From a virus (taxonomy: Duplodnaviria; Heunggongvirae; Uroviricota; Caudoviricetes), in the IMG/VR virus record IMGVR_UViG_2718218168_000006: DNA of 40,618 bases. One strand, 5' to 3'. Each line of letters starts with the position of its first letter. The stretch's first letter is position 1. Shown in pieces: positions 29,843-36,758 of this stretch. The notes under the pieces were generated by a model. That model saw only the letters and a list, made by a program, of their open reading frames with translations. It did no database searches and had not been told where the DNA came from. The translations under genes and the position numbers were made by a program.

Positions 29843-29985
29843 CTCCCTGCCCCATCAATAAAAGTTCGGTTCTCTAATAACTAGAGTTAATCAACGGAAA
29901 AAACGCCGAAGCGGGTTAAGTGCGGGTGCGTTGAGGATGCCTGACACATCAGAGGTGGCGAGGGATTTCTCCCCCGCCAGGTCTC

Positions 29986-30141
29986 TTACTCCTCAGGTTC
30001 GTAAGCTGTGAAGACAGCGACCTCCGTCTGGCCGGTTCGGATTCGTACCTCGCAGAGGTCTTTCCTCGTTACCAGTGCCGTCACAATGACGGTAATACAG
30101 ATGACGATCAGGGCGACTAACATCGCCTTTTGCTGCTTCAT
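29986..30141 (-). CDS. hok: Hok/Gef family type I toxin
   Basis: 51 aa MKQQKAMLVALIVICITVIVTALVTRKDLCEVRIRTGQTEVAVFTAYEPEE, near-identical to HokD/RelF as I recall it; AAGGAG RBS. Confidence 0.85.
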   Translation of the reverse strand: MKQQKAMLVALIVICITVIVTALVTRKDLCEVRIRTGQTEVAVFTAYEPEE

Positions 30142-30352
30142 AGCCTGCTTCTCCTTGCCTTTCGGCACGTAAGAGGCTAACCTAGATTTGCCGTTCATAG
30201 ATTGAGCCTCAGATTAATGTTAAGCGTCTTGCCGGACGCGTAATGTTAACTGGGGCTTTTCTCTATCTGCCTTTTGGTGTTCATGCCTGAGACAGATAGC
30301 CTCAAGCACCCGCTGCAATTCTACTTAACTCTCCTTTTCCCGCAAACCGTTT

Positions 30353-30436
30353 TTATCCCCAGCGGCAAATCGAATACACCACCAGCGCCACCGCCAGTGC
30401 GATTCCTACCGTTGTGAATGCTTCAGACCAGGTCAT
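30353..30436 (-). CDS. candidate small hydrophobic peptide (27 aa)
   Basis: ATG with GGAGG about 10 nt upstream; MTWSEAFTTVGIALAVALVVYSICRWG; below the ORF-track size cutoff. Confidence 0.3.
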   Translation of the reverse strand: MTWSEAFTTVGIALAVALVVYSICRWG

Positions 30437-30477
30437 CTTAAAACATCCTCCACGCTTATCAGTCCATTTCGTTTCAG

Positions 30478-30948
30478 CTAATCCATCGCCTTCTCCGGTA
30501 ATTTGCAGTCCGGCTGAGCTTTTTTCAGTTGACTGACCAGTCGTTTAACCCACATTGTTAATTCGCTAACCTGATTACTGGATGCTAGTGGATTGTCAGC
30601 TTTACCCAGAATGGCAGCACAGCAGGCCTCTTTGAGTACCCAATCAACAGCATCTTTCCATGATCCTGTTTCGGCTGGCGGATTTTCACGCTTTACCTGT
30701 TCATAAAAGCGCACGGCTTTAACCAGTCCTTCTGATGTCACCGGGACTGGCGGGGCAGTGAATAAGGCCTGAATCTCATAGCTCGGCCTGTCGTTGCAAT
30801 CCTCTTTTGTCGGTACATATTTCCAGTCACCAACCCACATCTTCTCCTGAAAGTCCGTAACGCTTTTTTTCACATAGCGATATCGCCATGCAACTGGTTT
30901 TGCCTGCCCTACCGTTTCATGCCCTTCCTGATAATTAATCTCGCTCAT
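30478..30948 (-). CDS. hypothetical protein
   Basis: 156 aa ORF; start overlaps the stop of the upstream small ORF. Confidence 0.6.
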   Translation of the reverse strand: MSEINYQEGHETVGQAKPVAWRYRYVKKSVTDFQEKMWVGDWKYVPTKEDCNDRPSYEIQALFTAPPVPVTSEGLVKAVRFYEQVKRENPPAETGSWKDAVDWVLKEACCAAILGKADNPLASSNQVSELTMWVKRLVSQLKKAQPDCKLPEKAMD

Positions 30949-31121
30949 TCATCGCCCCACTCATCACAATATGCTTCGACAGGTGTTTTTCCTGCTTCGT
31001 AGTCATCACGCCAGGCTTCAGCATCAGCAGCACTTCCACCACGTAACTCTGCATAGTCCATTAACAGTTCATGCCATTCTTCAAAACTGACATTGTATTT
31101 AGTTGAACCAAAATCAGCCAT
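30945..31121 (-). CDS. small hyper-acidic protein (58 aa)
   Basis: ATG preceded by GAGGAGG; MADFGSTKYNVSFEEWHELLMDYAELRGGSAADAEAWRDDYEAGKTPVEAYCDEWGDE; about 16 acidic vs 4 basic residues; coupled to both neighbours. Confidence 0.5.
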   Translation of the reverse strand: MADFGSTKYNVSFEEWHELLMDYAELRGGSAADAEAWRDDYEAGKTPVEAYCDEWGDE

Positions 31122-31296
31122 TTTGTTCTTCCTCCTCGTCTTTTATTTCGTGATATGAGTAATTGCAGTAGTTAAAGAAAATTTCTTTTGCTTCGTCATG
31201 AATTTCATCTGGTGTTGCGTCATCGTCCACTTCGAATACATCCTCAAAATCTCCACCAGCTATTCCTGTTTCAATAATTATTTTGAACTTTCGCAT
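31114..31296 (-). CDS. small hyper-acidic protein (60 aa)
   Basis: Track ORF; about 19 Asp/Glu vs 5 Lys/Arg (..FEDVFEVDDDATPDEIHDEAKEI..KDEEEEQNG). Confidence 0.55.
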   Translation of the reverse strand: MRKFKIIIETGIAGGDFEDVFEVDDDATPDEIHDEAKEIFFNYCNYSYHEIKDEEEEQNG

Positions 31297-31440
31297 TTCA
31301 CTACCGCCCTTTCGGGCGGCCTCCTGATGATTTGAGGGTACAGAAATCCCTCCGGTTAAGGATTAAATTTTATTTACAGAACTGAATTTAATTATTCAGA
31401 TATACGTATCTGTAACCTTACGAACCTACTCACTGGATGC

Positions 31441-31914
31441 CTATTTCATAAAAATAATCCAGTGGGTTTTATCGTTTTTTCCTGTTCGTTGACCGATAAC
31501 AGGTTTTCTGTCGGTCAGTATCAATATCTGGCGAACAGGTATTTGCGTTTCATTCCATTTAAAAATCAGAACGCCGGATGGACGCAACACACGAAAGGCT
31601 TCTTTAAATCCCTGCCGCAAATCATCACGCCAGGTATCTTTATTCAGCCGTCCATATTTCTTTCCCATCCAGGCGTTATCACCAACACGCTCAAGATGCG
31701 GAGGGTCGAATATAACCATCGAAAAAGATGCGTCTGCAAATGGTAGTGCACGAAAATCAGCTATCAGATCAGGACTGATAATCAGGCGTCGTCCATCACA
31801 CAATGTGTGCTCTTCCTTTCTGATATCGCTAAATATCGCCCGGTCGTCATTCTTATCGAACCAGAACATGCGACTGCCACAGCACATATCAAGAATGGTT
31901 GCCGGTGCACTCAC
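31441..31914 (-). CDS. orphan DNA methyltransferase (phage Dam-like N6-adenine MTase family)
   Basis: 157 aa ORF with SAM-binding-like DMCCGS and a DPPH motif (DPPY-type motif IV variant); GTG start overlapping the upstream stop; no adjacent restriction enzyme gene. Confidence 0.65.
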   Translation of the reverse strand: MSAPATILDMCCGSRMFWFDKNDDRAIFSDIRKEEHTLCDGRRLIISPDLIADFRALPFADASFSMVIFDPPHLERVGDNAWMGKKYGRLNKDTWRDDLRQGFKEAFRVLRPSGVLIFKWNETQIPVRQILILTDRKPVIGQRTGKNDKTHWIIFMK

Positions 31915-32333
31915 TGCGCTACCTCCGGAAAATTACCCTGATAGAAAGCCAGTACACGCTGCATAGCTTCGCTCTTCCGGCACTCGCGACAGATTATATT
32001 CAGGCGCCTGTCGTAGCGACGTATTTCTCCGTCAGGTAATGACCAGATAAGGTCCGGATCAACCACAACCGGTTTCTTCAGCTTTGCCCTCGATAATTTT
32101 TTGCGGGCATTTTGCCAGTCTTTACGAGCCTGTTCAGACGGGAATAACCCGTAGCCAGAATTGTATACATCGCCACTGGCAACCAGCTCTCTGGCGAGAA
32201 CACTCATCAGATATCTTGTCGCACCTGTTTTCGCTTCCAGTTGTCGTAACGTTTCGCGCCCGCTCTGGCGCACGAGTTCAACAACCTGCCTCTTAATTTT
32301 TTCCCGCTCTTCTTGTGTAAATACTTTTGCCAC
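31911..32333 (-). CDS. hypothetical protein
   Basis: 140 aa ORF between O-like gene and methyltransferase; coupled to MTase start. Confidence 0.6.
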   Translation of the reverse strand: MAKVFTQEEREKIKRQVVELVRQSGRETLRQLEAKTGATRYLMSVLARELVASGDVYNSGYGLFPSEQARKDWQNARKKLSRAKLKKPVVVDPDLIWSLPDGEIRRYDRRLNIICRECRKSEAMQRVLAFYQGNFPEVAQ

Positions 32334-32373
32334 AAGTCCTCCTGAAAATTACCTCATGACCTGAAATAAACAC

Positions 32374-33444
32374 TTACCCCCTGAAGCCCGGTGGAATTTC
32401 GGTATCCGGTTCAGAAATATGATTCACACAACGCTGGTTGTTCGTGCCGCTTACCGGGAGCAACCAGGGGTTTTCAAAATTCCGGTCCGGTCCAAAAAAC
32501 GTCGTCGCTCGCTGAACAAATTCCGTTCCCGTTTTCCCGGTAGCCGCTAGGTATCTTGCGTAACGCCTCACACCATCCAGCATGGCCTCTGGTGGCACCC
32601 CCTCGCGTAATCTGGCCTTCCAGGCACTGAAAGCGGATTTCTTCGGGTTTGCCCCGGCACGCAACGGGTATTCCCGCCAGACCTGTTCGAACACATCCGG
32701 ATAATCCACTCGTCCCACAGGCTGCCCGGTGTTTTCCGGGACTACCCGATCGGCTTCCCGCTGAATGGCGGAATCGGCTTCAGGCTGCTGCAGTTGGTGT
32801 GATTGCTCCGGCCTTGCGGTCATCACCTGCTGCACAGCGCCCGAATCGGCTTTCAGCGCATACGCTGAATCGGCTTCCGGTGTCGTGCCTGCTGGCTGAC
32901 CAGGATTGACGGTCTGAACATCCCCTGCCTGGTTCGTGGCATTTTTTACGCCATGGACCATAGTGTTTTGATCTTCTTGATCTGTATCTTTATCTGTATC
33001 TTTATCTGTCGTGACTCGTCGTGACATGTGCGTGACATTTCGTGACGCGCCGTGACAATCTCCATTTTGTTCCCGCTTTCTTTCCCTCTCTCGCTGCGCC
33101 CTCTTGCGCTCTGCAGGAGATTTTGCGGTTTGCGAAATATTGCCGTTGTCCTCTTTAAGCACCTGGCGTTTTTCCCATCCAGTGATTAAATCACCATCAA
33201 GTACCCGCCCCTGCATCGTCTGCAAAATTGAATCAATTACCTCTTCTGTCACGTCGAGCGCACTTGCCAAATCTTCTGTCGTGACATCAATGTGACCTCG
33301 CGTGACATTTCGTGACGCGCTCACCAGGAGGTGGATATACACTGCCATCACTGTTGCAATTGGCTGCCCTGACACCCTGGCAATTGTTCGCCACTTAGGG
33401 TCATTTGGCATGTCATGCCATAATCTGAGCCAAGCGTTAGCCAT
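32374..33444 (-). CDS. replication initiation protein (lambda O-like role; N-terminal HTH, DnaT-like C-terminal region); contains the presumed origin
   Basis: ORF MANAWLRLWHDMPNDPKWRTIARVSGQP..; ATG at about 33444 after GAGG; iteron clusters lie inside the coding sequence. Confidence 0.7.
   Translation of the reverse strand: MANAWLRLWHDMPNDPKWRTIARVSGQPIATVMAVYIHLLVSASRNVTRGHIDVTTEDLASALDVTEEVIDSILQTMQGRVLDGDLITGWEKRQVLKEDNGNISQTAKSPAERKRAQRERERKREQNGDCHGASRNVTHMSRRVTTDKDTDKDTDQEDQNTMVHGVKNATNQAGDVQTVNPGQPAGTTPEADSAYALKADSGAVQQVMTARPEQSHQLQQPEADSAIQREADRVVPENTGQPVGRVDYPDVFEQVWREYPLRAGANPKKSAFSAWKARLREGVPPEAMLDGVRRYARYLAATGKTGTEFVQRATTFFGPDRNFENPWLLPVSGTNNQRCVNHISEPDTEIPPGFRG
33009..33060. 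repeat. iteron cluster 1: five CGTGAC repeats at about 10-bp spacing, preceded by tandem tatctgtatcttta repeats
   Basis: Read directly: gtgactcgtcgtgacatgtgcgtgacatttcgtgacgcgccgtgaca. Confidence 0.7.
33279..33320. repeat. iteron cluster 2: four GTGAC repeats at about 10-bp spacing; shares an identical 20-mer with cluster 1
   Basis: gtcgtgacatcaatgtgacctcgcgtgacatttcgtgacgcgc; 20-mer cgtgacatttcgtgacgcgc also at 33031-33050. Confidence 0.7.
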
Positions 33445-33515
33445 ACTCACCTCTTCTGATACCGAATCTTTTTACTCACGAGTTGCCGGAAGCGATTCGA
33501 TATGGCTATTGTCAG

Positions 33516-33941
33516 TCAATGTACTGCCACAGCATTTCCTGCCGGGCCACCACGGTTCATCTGATTGAAACCGGCGATTGCCACTGCGACAAAATCATCA
33601 GCGTCTCTCACCAATCGCTCCCGCGTCTCCACCAGCTCCCGAAAATAAGCTGAACTGTGGCTGCGCATTCTGGCCACCAGCAAAGGTGGCATTGCCTTTT
33701 CGATCGCTGGTAACAACGCCTGAATTTTTTCAACTGCATCAGGGGTGTCTTTCTCTACCCAGCGGAAAATTTTCTGGGTATTGCGAGCCAGGGCTTCCGG
33801 ATGGCTGTCGTCATACAGTTCAGGAAACGTCATACCCAACTCAAAATAAGCCTGGGTTATTCCAGCTGCTGGAACTTTTTCGCCATCAGGACGCGCCCAG
33901 GCATTCATCGCCATGCGGATGTGTTCATGCTTGATTTTCAT
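33516..33941 (-). CDS. ydaT: YdaT-family protein (described as toxin or CII-like regulator)
   Basis: 141 aa MKIKHEHIRMAMNAWARPDGEKVPAAGITQAYFELGMTFPELYDD.., matches Rac YdaT as I recall it. Confidence 0.8.
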   Translation of the reverse strand: MKIKHEHIRMAMNAWARPDGEKVPAAGITQAYFELGMTFPELYDDSHPEALARNTQKIFRWVEKDTPDAVEKIQALLPAIEKAMPPLLVARMRSHSSAYFRELVETRERLVRDADDFVAVAIAGFNQMNRGGPAGNAVAVH

Positions 33942-34168
33942 GAATCCCCCCCTTGGTTAGAAGGCGGATTATGATCAGAACCGGGAATGACAACCGTCGG
34001 TATGTGTAACTCATATTTGAGCGCCCCGGCAGTGACTGCCTGAATTAGCAACGCCCATTTCCACGGAACCTCTTCCCCCCACATGCTGACTGTGGTTTTT
34101 GACGTTCCTAGAGCTGCGGCTGTTTTAACAACTCCGCCAAAATAGCCTAATACTTCTGATTTTTTCAT
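33938..34168 (-). CDS. ydaS: Cro/YdaS-like HTH regulator
   Basis: ORF MKKSEVLGYFGGVVKTAAALGTSKTTVSMW..; ATG at 34168 after GGAG; divergent from the cI-like gene. Confidence 0.75.
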   Translation of the reverse strand: MKKSEVLGYFGGVVKTAAALGTSKTTVSMWGEEVPWKWALLIQAVTAGALKYELHIPTVVIPGSDHNPPSNQGGDS

Positions 34169-34259
34169 AAGTCGCTCCATAAAACTGAACGCCAAAAGTT
34201 TAATAATCAAAACCAAAGAAAGTCAAGAAACAAAACCATCTGTGTTTTAAAATCAAAAC
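34169..34259. promoter_or_regulatory. divergent promoter/operator region between cro-like and cI-like genes
   Basis: Repeated GTTTTG/CAAAAC half-sites including near-palindrome TGTTTTAAAATCAAAACA abutting the cI ATG, and GTTTAATAATCAAAAC; candidate -35 TTGACT on the minus strand. Confidence 0.45.
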
Positions 34260-34898
34260 ATGAGCAAGCAAACAATATCTGAACGCATAACCCAACGTAT
34301 GCATGCGCTAAACCTGAAAGGCAAAGACCTTGTCAATGCCACTGGCGCATCAAAAGGCTCCGTAAGTCAATGGATGAACGGTGGAGGAGCGCCGTCCTCG
34401 CGTTACATAAGTTCACTGGCAAAGATATTGAAAGTAAACGAAAATTGGCTTCTTAATGGAGGAGAGTTAAATACAGGTGATTCGCTTGATCTATCTTTAC
34501 CGCCGATAAAAACGGTTCCGCTACTATCACTTCAGCAGGCAGCAAGCTGGAGTGATTATATGAAAAATTCCTCAATAACCTCTTGTGTGCAGCTTGTCGG
34601 AGAAATCCCGGCCAATACCTTTGCAGTTGTTCTAGAGAGTGACAGTATGTCAACATCTGGTGGGGGAGTTTCCATCCCAAATGGTTCAACAGTTTTTGTT
34701 GATCCCGATCGAACCGTACAACCAGGAAATATTGTCCTTGCCTTACCCAAAGGGACCACAACACCTGTCATTCGTAAACTGGAGATAGAAGGGCCGGATA
34801 TTCTTTTAGTCCCCACGAATCCTCGCTATCCTTCAATTATGCTGGATGATCTATCTTGCATATTGGGCGTATGCTTTAAAATTCAACAAGATATTTAA
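34260..34898 (+). CDS. cI: CI-like repressor (N-terminal HTH, C-terminal S24 LexA-type peptidase domain)
   Basis: 212 aa ORF; HTH region and Ser-Lys dyad context (ESDSM..K); no SD upstream of ATG. Confidence 0.85.
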   Translation: MSKQTISERITQRMHALNLKGKDLVNATGASKGSVSQWMNGGGAPSSRYISSLAKILKVNENWLLNGGELNTGDSLDLSLPPIKTVPLLSLQQAASWSDYMKNSSITSCVQLVGEIPANTFAVVLESDSMSTSGGGVSIPNGSTVFVDPDRTVQPGNIVLALPKGTTTPVIRKLEIEGPDILLVPTNPRYPSIMLDDLSCILGVCFKIQQDI

Positions 34899-34983
34899 CC
34901 AACCTCATCTATTTGATTAACTGTATGCCATCGTGGTGATGGCTTAACAGCTGCCTGCTTAAAATGTTTTGATAAAAAAACAT

Positions 34984-35011
34984 TGACCTGAAAAGTTCAT
35001 TTTTCTAAACT
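34984..35011 (+). promoter_or_regulatory. candidate sigma70 promoter for the rightward early-left-type operon
   Basis: TTGACC then about 16 nt then TAAACT, upstream of the ydaF-like gene. Confidence 0.3.
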
Positions 35012-35190
35012 TAATTCATTCCCTCACCCCACCCCACAGAATGCAGGGCAATACTTCGAGTTACCAGGCAGTGGTCAGGGGTTAAGTAGCCAGCCCGAGG
35101 CGTAAGAACATGACGGCAGGGTTCAACTTTAATAACTATGCAGCAGGTTTTTGTTCCGCTACCCCGGCGTTAAGGGGAAATGAGGTCAAC

Positions 35191-35346
35191 ATGGATACTA
35201 TCGATCTTGGCAACAACGAATCTCTGGTGTACGGCGTGTTTCCCAACCAGGACGGTACGTTCACCGCGATGACGTATACCAAAAGCAAAACGTTTAAAAC
35301 CGAAAATGGTGCCCGTCGCTGGCTGGAAAGAAACTCAGGTGAGTGA
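35191..35346 (+). CDS. small phage protein (YdaF-like, 51 aa)
   Basis: ATG after GAGG; MDTIDLGNNESLVYGVFPNQDGTFTAMTYTKSKTFKTENGARRWLERNSGE. Confidence 0.65.
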   Translation: MDTIDLGNNESLVYGVFPNQDGTFTAMTYTKSKTFKTENGARRWLERNSGE

Positions 35347-35347
35347 T

Positions 35348-35476
35348 ATGGATTTCGACACAATCATGGAAAAGGCTTACGAAGAATACTTCGAAGGTCT
35401 TGCCGAAGGCGAAGAAGCTCTCAGCTTCAACGAATTTAAACAGGCGCTTTCCAGTTCGGCAAAATCTAACGGCTGA
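35348..35476 (+). CDS. small acidic phage protein (YdaG-like, 42 aa)
   Basis: ATG 2 nt after the upstream stop; MDFDTIMEKAYEEYFEGLAEGEEALSFNEFKQALSSSAKSNG. Confidence 0.5.
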   Translation: MDFDTIMEKAYEEYFEGLAEGEEALSFNEFKQALSSSAKSNG

Positions 35477-35505
35477 TAAGCGAAACAGCACCGCGAGGAA
35501 TCAGT

Positions 35506-35724
35506 ATGCAGAAACGAGAACCCGTCATCATCGCGCCAGACTATACCGATGATGAACTTTATGAGTGGATGCACCAGAAAATTAATGCAGCGCAGGATCT
35601 GAAATGGGCCAATGAAGCCAGAGCTAAGCAGGCTGAAAATCTGTCCGCTCTGGAGCAGGATATCACCAGGCTGGAAAAAGCAGCGGCATTAAGCATTGCC
35701 AGAATGATTACATACCCGCGTTAA
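35506..35724 (+). CDS. hypothetical protein (72 aa)
   Basis: Track ORF MQKREPVIIAPDYTDDELYEWMHQKINAAQDLKWANEARAKQAENLSALEQDITRLEKAA.. Confidence 0.55.
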   Translation: MQKREPVIIAPDYTDDELYEWMHQKINAAQDLKWANEARAKQAENLSALEQDITRLEKAAALSIARMITYPR

Positions 35725-36288
35725 TAGCTAACCAACGAAGCTAAGGTTGGTAATTAAGGAGTTCTCCACGGGTGAGGTGGAGTGCGTGTGCCGGACATGG
35801 GTGAGCATCCGGCACTGACAGTTTACTGAAAGGATATGTCCCTGAAAAGTCAGGGCATAACGCGAAAGCGCACGGCGAAATTGGTCTCTCTGTACGGTGT
35901 CGTTAAATTTAGTTCGACCGTGCGCTTCCGGTTGTGGCACTCCGCGAAATGGCGCGGAGGTAAGTATGGCGGGGTTATTCCTTCCCCGTTGAGGACACCG
36001 GGTTGTCAGGTTGACCATACGCTTAAGTGACAACCCCGCTGCAACGCCCTCTGTTATCAATTTTCTGGTGACGTTTGGCGGTATCAGTTTTACTCCGTGA
36101 CTGCTCTGCCGCCCTTTTTAAAGTGAATTTTGTGATGCGGTGAATGCGGCTAAGCGCACGCGGAACAGTTAAAACCAAAAACAGTGTTATGGGTGGATTC
36201 TCTGTATCCGGCGTTAATTGTTAACTGGTTAACGTCACCTGGAGGCACCAGGCACCGCATCACAAAACTCATTGTTGAGGGCGCGATA

Positions 36289-36477
36289 ATGAAAACGTTA
36301 TTACCAAACGTTAATACGTCTGAAGGTTGTTTTGAAATTGGTGTCACTATCAGTAATCCTGTATTTACTGAAGATGCCATTAACAAAAGAAAACACGAAC
36401 GGGAGTTATTAAATAAAGTATGCATTGTTTCAATGCTGGCCCGTTTACGTCTGATGCCAAAAGGATGTGCACAATGA
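36289..36477 (+). CDS. small hypothetical protein (62 aa)
   Basis: ATG after GAGG; MKTLLPNVNTSEGCFEIGVTISNPVFTEDAINKRKHERELLNKVCIVSMLARLRLMPKGCAQ. Confidence 0.5.
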   Translation: MKTLLPNVNTSEGCFEIGVTISNPVFTEDAINKRKHERELLNKVCIVSMLARLRLMPKGCAQ

Positions 36478-36665
36478 ATCCAGTATTTGCACTTATTCTG
36501 ACGGTTTTTCTTGTTTCCGGAGAGCCAGTTGATATTGCAGTCAGTGTTCACAGGACAATGCAGGAGTGTGTGACTGCAGCAACCGAACAGAAAATTCCCG
36601 GTAACTGTTACCCGGTCGATAAAGTTATTCACCAGGATAATAACGAAATCCCGGCAGGATTTTAA
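36474..36665 (+). CDS. small protein with N-terminal hydrophobic/signal-like segment (63 aa)
   Basis: ATG overlapping the upstream stop (ATGA); MNPVFALILTVFLVSGEPVDIAVSVHRTMQECVTAATEQKIPGNCYPVDKVIHQDNNEIPAGF. Confidence 0.5.
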   Translation: MNPVFALILTVFLVSGEPVDIAVSVHRTMQECVTAATEQKIPGNCYPVDKVIHQDNNEIPAGF

Positions 36666-36758
36666 AACAGCACCGTAATAAATATCCAGTTTCATTCTTA
36701 TATGTCAGCAATGGCAGAGATTTGTTCACCCTTAAATCTGTGATGAGGTTTACCAATA

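Noticed and set aside
29880-29915. Possible terminator downstream of hok
   Set aside because: Stem is only about 3 bp with a mismatch; too weak to call
29986-30198. 70 aa track ORF extending the hok frame upstream
   Set aside because: Extension starts at a non-ATG codon without RBS; the 51 aa Hok begins at the internal ATG with an AAGGAG RBS
35728-36060. 110 aa minus-strand ORF and overlapping 64 aa plus-strand ORF
   Set aside because: No RBS, random-looking composition, region dominated by GC-rich hairpins; treated as non-coding structured region instead
36150-36695. 181 aa minus-strand ORF
   Set aside because: Antisense to two small plus-strand genes that have proper RBS and ATGA coupling; Cys/Asn-rich composition looks non-genuine
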